IMG/VR virus record: IMGVR_UViG_3300044620_001883
Location: 96,001-160,000 of that record
Direction: 5' to 3' (one strand)
Length of the DNA stretch: 64,000 bases
Source: a virus
Lineage: Duplodnaviria; Caudoviricetes
Shown: positions 8,323 through 18,041 of the stretch, piece by piece
Layout: the number at the start of each line of letters is the position of its first letter
Numbering within the stretch: the stretch's first letter is position 1
Notes under the pieces: generated by a model
What the model was told of the DNA's origin: nothing
Database searches by the model: none
Seen by the model: the letters and a program-made list of their open reading frames with translations, nothing else
Made by a program: the position numbers and the translations under genes

Positions 8323-10337
8323 AGACTAATTACATTCACCCAGGTGTCACGACTCGGCGTCGTGAACAGGTCGTCGTACACTTTGCCGGCGGTGGGGGTT
8401 CCTGTACTGGAATCGCGAATGCATTGGGGCGCTCCCCCAACCATGCCGTCAATCACGACAGCGCCGCGCTGGGGATGCACCGGGCCAACCATCCCGGCAC
8501 GCGACACCACATCGAGGATGTCTTTGATGTGGATCCGGCGCCGATCATCCAACAGGACGGGCCTGTGGGGTTGGCATGGTTCAGTCCATCCTGTACGCAC
8601 TTCAGCAAGGCCAAGGGTGGTCAGCCCCTGGATGCCCGCATTCGTGGGCTGACGCTCGTGATGCTGCGCTGGGCCAAGGCGGGTACGCGGTTGATGTTCA
8701 TGGAGAACGTCGAGGAGATCCGAACCTGGGGACCCTTGGTCAAGATGGTTAAGAACAAGATTCCCGGATGGTATCCGGACCCGCAGGCACGCGGGCGCAC
8801 CTGGCAGGCTTTCCTGGACTGCATGGGGGACGGGATATCACCCGACCATCCTGACTTACCGTTCTTCGCGGAGGTGCTGGCTGGGCAGGTGCATGTCGAC
8901 GAGATGATCAAGGGCTTCGGGTACAAGTTCGAGGCCCGTGAGTTGAGGGCTTGTGACTACGGAACCCCCACGATCCGTAAGCGTCTTTACGCTGTGTTCC
9001 GGAATGACGGGCGCCCAATCGTGTGGCCCAACCCCACGCATGCGGACCCTGCAACCCTACAGCCTGGGGACACCCGCAGGCCGTGGCATACCATGGCCGA
9101 ATGCGTCGACTGGGAGCGTCCCTGTCCTTCCATCTTCCTGCGCGGACAGGCGGCCAAGAAGGCACGGTGCAAGCGCCCTCTTGCGGACGCGACACTGGCC
9201 CGCATTGCCCGCGGGATCGACAAGTACGTGCTGAACAATACCAGACCATTCATTGTCTCGCTGACCCACCAGGGTGGTGACAGGGTCGAGAGCATCGACC
9301 TCCCGGCAAACACCATCACGGCAGCGCACCGGGGCGAGAAGGCTCTCGTGAGTGCAGTCGTGACCGAGTGTGCCAATGCCAGCTCAAAGCGGAACATGCC
9401 CGTAGATGAGCCAATGCGGACAGCCTGTGCGCATGTCAAGGGCGGACACTTCGCCCTGGTAACTGCCAGCGTGATGACAAACACGACAGGGCACAGCGGT
9501 GCGGATGCCCAAGCACCGTTACCCACAATCGCCACTGGCGGGCATCATGCCCTCGTTGCAACCAGTATGGTCAAACTGAGGGGTACCAACACCGGCGACG
9601 CCGTGGACACCCCCATGCACACCGCCAGCGCCGGGGGCACCCATCACGGACTCGTGGCGGCCTCCCTGGTCCAGACTGGCTACGGTGAGCGGGAAGGGCA
9701 GGAGCCTCGTGCTCTGGACATCGAGAAGCCACTGGGGACCGTGGTAGCTGGCGGCGGCAAGCATGCTCTCGTAGCCGCCTACGTGGCCCAGCACAACGGT
9801 GGCTTCAATGTCGTGGACGGGAAGCCGCTGGACAGCCCGGTATCTACCATCAACACCACCGGCAGCCAGCAAACCCTCGTGGCTGCCTCCGTGATGGCCT
9901 ACTACGGCACCGAAGCCGACGGGCAACATGTCAATGATCCCGCCCGCACCGTCACGACCAAATCCAGGATGGGGTTGGTCAACAGCGAGTTGGTGCCGAC
10001 CATGACTGAAGCGACCCGCCGGGACGCGCTTCGGGTAGCCAAGTTCCTCCGGTCCTACGGGGTTGAGTTCGAGGGTGAGTTCGCGACTGTCCAAGGTCTG
10101 GCCATCGTGGATATCGGACTCAGGATGTTTACACCCCGCGAGCTCTTCCGTGCATCTGGTTTTCCCGAGGGGTACATTATCAACCAGGCGATCTACCGGG
10201 AACCCACAACAGGTATGACGGTCGTCCGGGAGCTGACCAAGGAAGAGCAGATCCGGATGTGTGGTAACGCTGTGTGCCCTCCGGTCGCGGAGGCGCTTGT
10301 GCGCAGCAACGCTCCCGAGATGGTACACGCAGGATGA
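8319..10337 (+). CDS. DNA (cytosine-5) methyltransferase with repeat-expanded variable region
   Basis: Motif I HFAGGGG, motif IV FSPSCTHFS, motif VI MENVEE, motif VIII RKRLY, motifs IX/X RMFTPREL...RMCGNAVCPP; start ATG 8319 overlaps upstream TGA. Confidence 0.92.
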   Translation: MKTNYIHPGVTTRRREQVVVHFAGGGGSCTGIANALGRSPNHAVNHDSAALGMHRANHPGTRHHIEDVFDVDPAPIIQQDGPVGLAWFSPSCTHFSKAKGGQPLDARIRGLTLVMLRWAKAGTRLMFMENVEEIRTWGPLVKMVKNKIPGWYPDPQARGRTWQAFLDCMGDGISPDHPDLPFFAEVLAGQVHVDEMIKGFGYKFEARELRACDYGTPTIRKRLYAVFRNDGRPIVWPNPTHADPATLQPGDTRRPWHTMAECVDWERPCPSIFLRGQAAKKARCKRPLADATLARIARGIDKYVLNNTRPFIVSLTHQGGDRVESIDLPANTITAAHRGEKALVSAVVTECANASSKRNMPVDEPMRTACAHVKGGHFALVTASVMTNTTGHSGADAQAPLPTIATGGHHALVATSMVKLRGTNTGDAVDTPMHTASAGGTHHGLVAASLVQTGYGEREGQEPRALDIEKPLGTVVAGGGKHALVAAYVAQHNGGFNVVDGKPLDSPVSTINTTGSQQTLVAASVMAYYGTEADGQHVNDPARTVTTKSRMGLVNSELVPTMTEATRRDALRVAKFLRSYGVEFEGEFATVQGLAIVDIGLRMFTPRELFRASGFPEGYIINQAIYREPTTGMTVVRELTKEEQIRMCGNAVCPPVAEALVRSNAPEMVHAG

Positions 10338-10588
10338 GTGCAAAAAGCAAACACAACAGTACGGAGCTCGACGGAGTGTGTCGTGCGTGTCGTCGATCCA
10401 TCTCTTACCGAGATGGTGTGTGGTCACATGAGCATCGCACGTTTGACCTCCACCATGCAGCTGAACCAAGATCAAATCCGGAAGGTCCTGAGTGTTCAGG
10501 CCGGGTGGCCGTGCGTGAGCAAGGTGAACAATGGAGGCGCATGCTAGATGCAGCCGGATTCCCGGCAATTAGACAATGGACCCAATAA
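10334..10588 (+). CDS. small hypothetical protein
   Basis: ATGA-coupled; CRACRR...H motif. Confidence 0.55.
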   Translation: MSAKSKHNSTELDGVCRACRRSISYRDGVWSHEHRTFDLHHAAEPRSNPEGPECSGRVAVREQGEQWRRMLDAAGFPAIRQWTQ

Positions 10589-10992
10589 CCTTTGATGATT
10601 TTGAAACCTTCTACGAGGCCATGGTGGAAGCGGCGCTGTACACCAGCACAGACGAGCACTACAATATCGGTCTTGGTATGGCGAGGGACCGCTCCCTGCA
10701 GGCCTGTGGTTTTGACTTCAAGGACCTGACAGAGCGCGCACATCTGATCCTGCGTGCCCATGCGTTGAGCTTCTGGTCCAGGATGTGGTACTACCTTGAC
10801 CACGAGAAGCCAGTCGACAAACATCAGGTCAACCGCGCAGGGCGGCACTTCTGGTGCACCAGCCAAGGGGAAGGTGACGGTTTCTGGGATGGCGACTGGC
10901 CGGTTTACGGTGATATGTTCACAAGTCTGTCCAAGTGCTACCCAGCTGAGCTGAACTTGGAAGTAACAGCGGAGGGCGTTGATCTCACATGA
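10576..10992 (+). CDS. conserved phage hypothetical protein
   Basis: AGRHFWCTSQGEGDGFWDGDW, a variant of the AGHDFWLTRNGHGAGFWD family. Confidence 0.7.
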   Translation: MDPITFDDFETFYEAMVEAALYTSTDEHYNIGLGMARDRSLQACGFDFKDLTERAHLILRAHALSFWSRMWYYLDHEKPVDKHQVNRAGRHFWCTSQGEGDGFWDGDWPVYGDMFTSLSKCYPAELNLEVTAEGVDLT

Positions 10993-11360
10993 GAACACCA
11001 AAATGGTTACGTGATAGATTACGCAAGTATCTACCTAGGCTGCTGAGTACACGCGTTACTGACACTGTGTACTTGGATGCTCTACCGCTTGCGTGGGATG
11101 TGGAGGAAATCCGGTGTCCGCAAGCGACACCCGGCAGCGTGTGGTGCCGACGCTACCTCAGGGAAGTAACGAGCCTTGAGATGCAGATTGGCTTTGAGTA
11201 CCTGCGGATCGGCGACACACACAGGTACCATGAAACCGAGCTGTGGTGTACTGTTGGCACGCCTGGCGCTTTTGATAATTACTACCGCACTCCATCAGGA
11301 CGTACTGTATGGCGGCGGCACCGCCCCACAGACTTGACTCGTAAATTGAGACTACCATGA
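10989..11360 (+). CDS. hypothetical protein
   Basis: ATGA-coupled ORF. Confidence 0.55.
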   Translation: MRTPKWLRDRLRKYLPRLLSTRVTDTVYLDALPLAWDVEEIRCPQATPGSVWCRRYLREVTSLEMQIGFEYLRIGDTHRYHETELWCTVGTPGAFDNYYRTPSGRTVWRRHRPTDLTRKLRLP

Positions 11361-11662
11361 AACAAAAACCCATACCCTGGTATCAAGTGCAGCGTGGTAA
11401 GCGCTACGAGCTGCAAAGTGTCACGTCACAGACCGAGGCACTGCAGGACCGAATAGGTGAACCTTTTGTACGCCAAATAGAAGACGAGTACTTTCAAGTG
11501 ACGGCGCTGCAGCGTCTGATGTTCAATGCCGCTAGAGCGGACAAACATCCGTTCACGGTGTGCAGCCGTTTCGCCACCGTGGAACCCGCTACTGCCGAGA
11601 ACCCGGAACATGTGAAGATCAGGTTTTGTCAGAACTACATTGTACTACGCGAAGTCCCATGA
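11357..11662 (+). CDS. hypothetical protein
   Basis: ATGA-coupled ORF. Confidence 0.55.
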   Translation: MKQKPIPWYQVQRGKRYELQSVTSQTEALQDRIGEPFVRQIEDEYFQVTALQRLMFNAARADKHPFTVCSRFATVEPATAENPEHVKIRFCQNYIVLREVP

Positions 11663-12120
11663 GCATGAAAAGCATCACAAATGGTGTGCCGGGCGAATAT
11701 GCCGAGCACTGGTTGGAGAAAATCACAAGCATCACTTGGATGTTGAATGGCAGACTGCACACTTGGGCACCGGGTCTGGACACCTTGGCGTTCCTGACCG
11801 AGTTCCCGGATCATGTCCGGATATCCGGGCTCTTGGAGTCGTCGGGATCGAGCTGGTGTGACAAGGCCTTCGTGTTCTGCTGCGCTGACTGCTTCGACCC
11901 ACCCCTGTACGTGCAGTTCGGTTCCAGCTTTGAAGACGCTCATGAGAGCTATCTGGACAACGACGAGTCACTCCTGATCACCGAGGAGGACCAGAAGGAC
12001 TACGTCATTGAAGGGGATAACCCGACCTGTGACTTCAACAGCGACGGGGAACCTGTGGACGCGGACAACGTGAAGGGTTCTGGACCTCTGACGCTCGTGA
12101 CCCTGAGGTTCAAGGTATGA
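11659..12120 (+). CDS. acidic hypothetical protein
   Basis: Start moved to ATG 11659 (ATGA). Confidence 0.6.
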   Translation: MSMKSITNGVPGEYAEHWLEKITSITWMLNGRLHTWAPGLDTLAFLTEFPDHVRISGLLESSGSSWCDKAFVFCCADCFDPPLYVQFGSSFEDAHESYLDNDESLLITEEDQKDYVIEGDNPTCDFNSDGEPVDADNVKGSGPLTLVTLRFKV

Positions 12121-12386
12121 CCAGAGCGAATATGCAGTGCGTCCTTCAAGGACTCAACAACGTGACTGCGATCACATTGTGGATCGAGACACCGCTCAAG
12201 AAAGCCACACATGCCTGTATCTGCCGGTTCTACTACCAGCTGGATCCGTGGCGCAAAGGAGAAGCACCACACATCATCACCTGGGAAGACGGACCGGATA
12301 GCCTCAAGGCTCTGTTGGGACTACTGCGGCGTGTAAAGGTCAGGTATTCACTGGAGGTCAAGTATGAGCAAGATCATGACAGCTGA
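12117..12386 (+). CDS. hypothetical protein
   Basis: ATGA-coupled ORF. Confidence 0.55.
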   Translation: MTRANMQCVLQGLNNVTAITLWIETPLKKATHACICRFYYQLDPWRKGEAPHIITWEDGPDSLKALLGLLRRVKVRYSLEVKYEQDHDS

Positions 12387-12963
12387 CAAATTGTATGAGA
12401 TCATGTACAGCCACACCGAGGCAGTACGGGATTTGACGTATCAGTACATGCTGGACAACGGTGACAAAGAAACGGAGTGTCAACGCATTGGGATGATCAA
12501 CCGCATAAATGCGTTGGAGGCGCAGATGCGAGGGATCGACGATGCAGATTTGAAACCTGATGCGGAGGATGAAATACCCCTTACACGCCCGGAACCGTCA
12601 GTGACGTTGAAGCATATCGATGCCTGCTTCGCCTCTGAGGTACTGGCGGGCATGCAGGCTGCGTCGGCCAAAGACTACAAGGCGGCGAACCAACACCAAC
12701 TGCAGGCCGCCGCCATCAAGTACACGAGGAGCATCATAACCATGAGCCGCCCCACACCATTTGAGATCCAACATCTTGCCCAGTTTGAAGGTAAGACGGT
12801 AGCCAGAACCTATTTTGACGTTTCAGATGAGTTTGTACTGCCTGTGCTTGAGTTCACGGACGGGACATCTGCAATCATCTGGCGGGACCCCGAAAACAAT
12901 GGGCCTGGTCACATTGCTCTCTATGCTGAGAATGGTAACACCCTCCATCCTGAAGCGGCATGA
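12364..12963 (+). CDS. hypothetical protein
   Basis: 199-aa ORF; C-terminal LEFTDGT...DPENNGPG module. Confidence 0.65.
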   Translation: MSKIMTADKLYEIMYSHTEAVRDLTYQYMLDNGDKETECQRIGMINRINALEAQMRGIDDADLKPDAEDEIPLTRPEPSVTLKHIDACFASEVLAGMQAASAKDYKAANQHQLQAAAIKYTRSIITMSRPTPFEIQHLAQFEGKTVARTYFDVSDEFVLPVLEFTDGTSAIIWRDPENNGPGHIALYAENGNTLHPEAA

Positions 12964-13089
12964 GTACGGTAAAAGTTGAGTCAGGCTGCACTTACGTTCC
13001 AAACAGCAATGAACCCTGTACGACATGTCCGAGCCTGATTACATGTCTTTACATGTGCAAGCTCTTACAGGAAGTAACCAAGGAGACAG

Positions 13090-13287
13090 ATGAGCCGGGA
13101 GAATAAACGTCCACAGCACAGGGGCATCCCCATGGGGCGCATGGAACGACCAATCGACCCGCGTCCGATTGTCCACCAACCCACGCCCCGCGAAGTAGAT
13201 GAACACACACCTATTGAGGTGCGTAGAAGCGAAGTGGGGATGATCAACCTGCTGGAATCCAGGGGATACCGGATACGTCATGATTGA
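13090..13287 (+). CDS. small hypothetical protein
   Basis: Preceded by AAGGAG, one of the few clear SD sites. Confidence 0.55.
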   Translation: MSRENKRPQHRGIPMGRMERPIDPRPIVHQPTPREVDEHTPIEVRRSEVGMINLLESRGYRIRHD

Positions 13288-14089
13288 CCACATGCCTGAC
13301 CTGGCCTGCTATGACTGGATCGTGGTAAACAGCAGCGGGGGCAAGGACAGCCAGACGGCCCTGGAGGGCATTGTCCGGGCGGCGGACCGGCAGAGTGTGG
13401 ACCGATCCAGGATCGTCGTGAACCACCAGTGTCTCGGTGCCCAAGAGTGGCCCGGGACGCTGGATCTGGTGCGGCGCCAGGCAGCCCACTACGGACTGCG
13501 GGTCGAGGTGGCTTCCTACCGGGACAAGGACGGTGCAGCCCCCACGCTCCTGGACTACGTTCGGAAGCGGGGCAAGTGGCCCTCCAGCAAGCAGCGATTC
13601 TGCACCAGCGAGTTCAAGCGCGGCCCTGGTGGTCGTGTCCTGACCAAGCTGGCACGTGAAGTGCAAGGACCGTGCAAGATCCTGAGTGTCTTCGGGTTCC
13701 GGGCCGAGGAGTCTGCGGCGCGGGCCAAGCGGCAGCGCTTCTCTCTCAACACCCGCCACTCGACGAATACCCGGCAGGTCTGGGATTACCTGCCCATCCA
13801 TGACTGGACTGAGGAGCAGGTCTGGCAGGATATAAAAACTTCTGGCGTCCCTTATCATACAGTGTACGATCAGGGTATGAAGCGGCTGAGCTGTACGTAC
13901 TGCATCTTCGCACCCCGCAATGCACTCCTGACTGCCGCGTACTTGCGACCGGACATGTTGCAAGAGTACGTGGACTTGGAGCGGGAGATCGGGCATGATT
14001 TCCAGCACAACAAACCGATACGGTTGATCCAGGAGGCTATGTTGGCCGGCGAGAAACCCAAAGAGGACACAGAAAAATGGCGTATGTAG
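13280..14089 (+). CDS. PAPS-reductase-family (PP-loop, adenine nucleotide alpha-hydrolase) protein
   Basis: SSGGKDS PP-loop, RFCTSEFK, GFRAEES..R, LPIHDWTEEQVW, RLSCTYCIF. Confidence 0.88.
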   Translation: MIDHMPDLACYDWIVVNSSGGKDSQTALEGIVRAADRQSVDRSRIVVNHQCLGAQEWPGTLDLVRRQAAHYGLRVEVASYRDKDGAAPTLLDYVRKRGKWPSSKQRFCTSEFKRGPGGRVLTKLAREVQGPCKILSVFGFRAEESAARAKRQRFSLNTRHSTNTRQVWDYLPIHDWTEEQVWQDIKTSGVPYHTVYDQGMKRLSCTYCIFAPRNALLTAAYLRPDMLQEYVDLEREIGHDFQHNKPIRLIQEAMLAGEKPKEDTEKWRM

Positions 14090-14385
14090 AACCCGAACAA
14101 GCACCCCTGGAGACTGATTCGGGGGTGGTGTTACCACCAGAACCCGCGAGACGCCCCAGACTCTCAGGGATGTCAAGTATGCTGGGAATCGCGGCAATGA
14201 TGGGGGCACACATGTACTACCCAGGCTTCGGGCCCTGCGATCCCTTTGGGGGTGGTTCCTCGAGCCCGAAGCGGTACCGCCGCGGGCCCTGTCGGGTCTG
14301 TGGTAAACCGGATGTCGCGGCTGGTCGGCAGCGTGGTGTGTACTTGTGTGGTGAACATCTGCACCTGGAGCATGAAGCTCACTGA
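14077..14385 (+). CDS. hypothetical protein with zinc-finger-like C-terminus
   Basis: CRVCG...LCGEH. Confidence 0.5.
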   Translation: MAYVEPEQAPLETDSGVVLPPEPARRPRLSGMSSMLGIAAMMGAHMYYPGFGPCDPFGGGSSSPKRYRRGPCRVCGKPDVAAGRQRGVYLCGEHLHLEHEAH

Positions 14386-14605
14386 CTTACCTAAGCTAGG
14401 CCCTGGTTGGCATGCTGCTCTGGAGAGAGCCAGACTCCGGGAAGAGGTCCGGCGTGCCCGGTGGGAGAGACATCACAAACAGGAGATGACCTACGACGAG
14501 TTCGTGTTCCGGGAGGGTCTACAACGGGAAGTCGAGGAGAACCGCATGACACCTGAGCGTGCCCGCGAAGCACTGAAGAAATACTATGCCAGAAAGCATC
14601 AATGA
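14372..14605 (+). CDS. small charged helical protein
   Basis: Start moved to ATG 14372. Confidence 0.55.
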   Translation: MKLTDLPKLGPGWHAALERARLREEVRRARWERHHKQEMTYDEFVFREGLQREVEENRMTPERAREALKKYYARKHQ

Positions 14606-14804
14606 AATCGCAGTCAAACTTCGTGGGGAGCACCGCGTAGTGGAAGGGCATATCGAACAACTCATTCGTCGGGCTGTAGCGATGGAGGCAGCGTTGGTGC
14701 AGATATCGGAATGTGACTTCAACGAGGACAACTGTGCGAGCTTTGATGTGGCGAACAGACGCCTCCACAACGTAGCGCGAGCGGGACTGAATCCTGGACC
14801 ATGA
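14586..14804 (+). CDS. small hypothetical protein
   Basis: Overlap-coupled ORF. Confidence 0.5.
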   Translation: MPESINEIAVKLRGEHRVVEGHIEQLIRRAVAMEAALVQISECDFNEDNCASFDVANRRLHNVARAGLNPGP

Positions 14805-15556
14805 GCAGCAAGAACAGCGAATCAGACGGGATAGCCACCTACATCGCGAAGGTTGGCGGAAAGTATCCGGAAGGCGCAGTCGTCTTCAATGCCAAGACCC
14901 AGACCTTCTACCCCATGGGTGGTGGTCCAGTCTATCGCGCCGGTCCAGACTTCCTGGAACGCTTCCGCGTTGTGACGGCTGAGGAAATGAAACCGACATG
15001 GCAGCCGGCGATGTTTGAGCTGGCTGGTGTCGGCAGATTCCGCGGCTACACCTGCGGGCAGGTTTGGAATGGGTGGGCCTGCCCCGTTTTTGACTATAAG
15101 ACTGCACGTTCCGTGCTGGAGAAGATGGGCGCTGCAGATCATGACTGTGGTACCATGAAATTCACGTGGGGCTTTAATCTCACGGAGGACGCCTTCTACC
15201 ATCACAGCCTGGATGATGGGATGACGGAATCAGCAGAGTGTCGCGAAGTGGGACAATTCATCCAGGTGAATGAGGGGACCCTGCTGGTGTACCCGATCGG
15301 CGCTCAGCAATGGTGTTGGGAGATTGTCGATCCAGACTGTCCCGGAGACTTCTGTGTGAAGTGCGGTGAAGTGATGTTGAGTGCCAGCCCCGTTGATGAA
15401 GATGATGGCTCTTGGCAGGGGTTGATTCAGATCCGGCAATCGGATGGACGTTTTGCCTGCGGATACCTGACCGAGTCCGAGATGCTGGAATTGAGCGAGC
15501 AGTTACTGGAGCTGGCGAGACAGATTCGCTGCAAACGAGGAGAACAAGGACCATGA
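14801..15556 (+). CDS. conserved MGE hypothetical protein
   Basis: WNGWACPVF...YPIGAQQWCWE motif pair. Confidence 0.7.
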   Translation: MSSKNSESDGIATYIAKVGGKYPEGAVVFNAKTQTFYPMGGGPVYRAGPDFLERFRVVTAEEMKPTWQPAMFELAGVGRFRGYTCGQVWNGWACPVFDYKTARSVLEKMGAADHDCGTMKFTWGFNLTEDAFYHHSLDDGMTESAECREVGQFIQVNEGTLLVYPIGAQQWCWEIVDPDCPGDFCVKCGEVMLSASPVDEDDGSWQGLIQIRQSDGRFACGYLTESEMLELSEQLLELARQIRCKRGEQGP

Positions 15557-15876
15557 TCTTCGAAATTGACGTAGATACCCTGAGGTACGTCGATCAGCAG
15601 CTGAATACCGTGGGGCCGTTCGTGCTTGAGAAAGTCATACAAAAGTACGTAGATCAGATGAAGGCTAAACACCACGCGGCTCTCGCGAAGGAGATCGCGG
15701 AGTTCTTCCAAGCCATCACCGTGAAGGCAGCCTTGGTGTCGTCCGACACCACTTCAGCACACCCTGGGAATGTTCTGCCAGTCATCAGGCTGCGGATTGA
15801 GATCCCGGATGAGATCGCGAAGCGCATTCAGGAGCCTGAGAACGATAAGGATCAGGCACAAAATGGGCGGGCTTGA
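15553..15876 (+). CDS. hypothetical protein
   Basis: Start moved to ATG 15553 (ATGA). Confidence 0.55.
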   Translation: MIFEIDVDTLRYVDQQLNTVGPFVLEKVIQKYVDQMKAKHHAALAKEIAEFFQAITVKAALVSSDTTSAHPGNVLPVIRLRIEIPDEIAKRIQEPENDKDQAQNGRA

Positions 15877-15906
15877 TGCCGCCTCGTTAATCTGGGACTC
15901 ACAAAC

Positions 15907-16896
15907 ATGAAAATCACAAACATGAAAATCAGCATCAAGACTCTAGCTAAGCTCAACGTCACCACCATCGCCGCCGCTATCGAGGCCATCGCGGCTGAGC
16001 ATGACAACATCGCCTCTGGCGTGATTGGATCGTCATTTTCCACCAGCGGCCCTGGGTCTGGCTGGAGCAAGCAGCACGATGTGAGCGACTTTGCTCGCCG
16101 TGCTCTGGATGATGGCTATGGGGCGGGAAGCTACATCGATAGCAGCGATGGTCGCGAGGCTACGCTGGACGAAGATGGCGACTTGGTGTGGGCGGATGAG
16201 AGTGTGGTGGAAATCGAGCTGCCGACGGTGGAAGAGGCTCTGGACAACCCTGCCGAGTGGCAGGCGATCAAGGGGGATGCTGCTAGCTATGGCATCGATC
16301 AAGACGACATCGACGAAATCACCGAAGCGATTGAAAATCCTGACAAGTCTGAGGCTGGCAACTGGTCCACCGAGGCCACCTATGGAGTGCTCTGCTCGAC
16401 TGGGGACGGTGAAGACCTCGTCACTGTCGAGGTCCAAGTGGGCGAATGGAATGGGCGCTACTTTATCCGCACCACAGACGACGCTGGTGGCAGCGATGAT
16501 TGCGATAATACACTCTACGCCGACATCGACGAAGCCATTGCCGCCGCGAAAGAGTGGGCAGAAGATCACGACGAAACACCCGACAAAAACGACCTCGCTG
16601 AAGAGATCGCCAAAGACGGGTGGTGGGGCTGTGAGATGACCGCCGACGAAATCTTAGAGATCGCCAATGCCGCAGAAGGTCGCCAATCGGGTTCTCGCCT
16701 CTGGATCAGCAACAAAGGCGGCACCCATTGGGATACCGGCAACACCATCCGAGTGGAAGGCTGGGAAGACTACATCACGATCAGCGCCAACCATGACAGC
16801 ATCGAGGCCGCTTTGATGTCGCTTCAATCCGCAATCAACACCTCCTGGGATGACGCCCACCCTGTCGAGATTCGTGTGACCGCCGCGGTACAATGA
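15907..16896 (+). CDS. highly acidic hypothetical protein
   Basis: 329-aa ORF visibly very rich in D/E with scattered Trp. Confidence 0.75.
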   Translation: MKITNMKISIKTLAKLNVTTIAAAIEAIAAEHDNIASGVIGSSFSTSGPGSGWSKQHDVSDFARRALDDGYGAGSYIDSSDGREATLDEDGDLVWADESVVEIELPTVEEALDNPAEWQAIKGDAASYGIDQDDIDEITEAIENPDKSEAGNWSTEATYGVLCSTGDGEDLVTVEVQVGEWNGRYFIRTTDDAGGSDDCDNTLYADIDEAIAAAKEWAEDHDETPDKNDLAEEIAKDGWWGCEMTADEILEIANAAEGRQSGSRLWISNKGGTHWDTGNTIRVEGWEDYITISANHDSIEAALMSLQSAINTSWDDAHPVEIRVTAAVQ

Positions 16897-16933
16897 AACT
16901 GCCGTCCCATCCCCACAGGATATCCGGCGTTGA

Positions 16934-17368
16934 ATGGCATGGACTCGGCGGGTGTTCAAACCCCCTGCTGTTTCGGAGACAGGTCAGAGGAACCTGGCAC
17001 TACTACAAGGCATGAAGTCACCGCATATCAAACTGAAGCAGTTCAGAAATGGGCACACCTTTTGGCGTGCTCCGGATAGTAATCGCATTGTCATTTCGGA
17101 CCAATCAGGTGACACACCTGAGCAGACCGACGACGGCGTCCTGTACATTGATGAGAGTCGCGACATGATGGTGCAGTTGCTGGAGGGCAAGATCATCCAG
17201 GCCAACATCCCGGTGGAGCTCAGTAATGGTGCAAAGTCCCGCACGCCAGCCAGCCTCGAAGAGCTCCTGTACTGTCAGGGTGTATGCAACATCATGACGA
17301 CCATATCTGAGCCGGTCATGAACCTCGTTGCTGCATTGGAGAAGCTGGGAATACCTGTACCCGCATGA
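16934..17368 (+). CDS. hypothetical protein
   Basis: ORF; SDQSG.TP..TDDG motif. Confidence 0.6.
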   Translation: MAWTRRVFKPPAVSETGQRNLALLQGMKSPHIKLKQFRNGHTFWRAPDSNRIVISDQSGDTPEQTDDGVLYIDESRDMMVQLLEGKIIQANIPVELSNGAKSRTPASLEELLYCQGVCNIMTTISEPVMNLVAALEKLGIPVPA

Positions 17369-17625
17369 GTGCCATTACTGAATCACAAGTCCGAGGAGCC
17401 GTAGGTCGTACTTATTTTACCCTACAGGATGAAGGAGATTACTTCCTCTACGATACCCGGGACAATGGGAGCGTAGGAGATGAGGAAGCAGGAGAGGAAG
17501 ACATCCAGGCCGGACTGAAGTTATCCAAGATCCTCGAGGCTGCGTTCCCGAACCACAAGGTACGGTTTGAAGTCGTGGACGAGTGGGTGCTTGTGAGCAT
17601 CAACAAGGAACCAAAACAAGCATGA
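17365..17625 (+). CDS. hypothetical protein
   Basis: ATGA-coupled; FEVVDEWV motif. Confidence 0.6.
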   Translation: MSAITESQVRGAVGRTYFTLQDEGDYFLYDTRDNGSVGDEEAGEEDIQAGLKLSKILEAAFPNHKVRFEVVDEWVLVSINKEPKQA

Positions 17626-18041
17626 GCGGGACCCCAACCCTTACACCCGAGCAACGCCGTGAAGCTTTGCAGGCGGCCCTGGAGAATTTCCACGGCAGTG
17701 ATCAGTTCCATGAATTCGATCCGTTGATCTGTCGGAACATCTACACCACCGAGGGTGGTCTGTACTTGGCCAAGGAGGCAGGAGCTTTCTGGTTGCTGGA
17801 GTACATCGGCCTGCGCTGTCGTTCGAGTGAATTCCCGAAGATCAAAGCTGAGGAGTTCCAGGTGTGGAAGCTGGTCGTCGACCTGGATATGCACACGGCG
17901 CGCATCTCCTGTGAAGACGGTAACCACAATGAGGTCTTCCATGACGTCATCGAGTACACAAGTTTCCCCTTGCCCACAATTGAGCTGTGGTGCGAGCCCA
18001 ACGAATTCGGCATGACCATCTACCTTCCCGGAGAGCGATGA
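17622..18041 (+). CDS. DUF6876-like protein
   Basis: NFHGS..F....T.GG.YLA..AGAFWLL...FQVWKL.V....A.ISCEDGN....YTSFPL...LPGE. Confidence 0.75.
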   Translation: MSGTPTLTPEQRREALQAALENFHGSDQFHEFDPLICRNIYTTEGGLYLAKEAGAFWLLEYIGLRCRSSEFPKIKAEEFQVWKLVVDLDMHTARISCEDGNHNEVFHDVIEYTSFPLPTIELWCEPNEFGMTIYLPGER

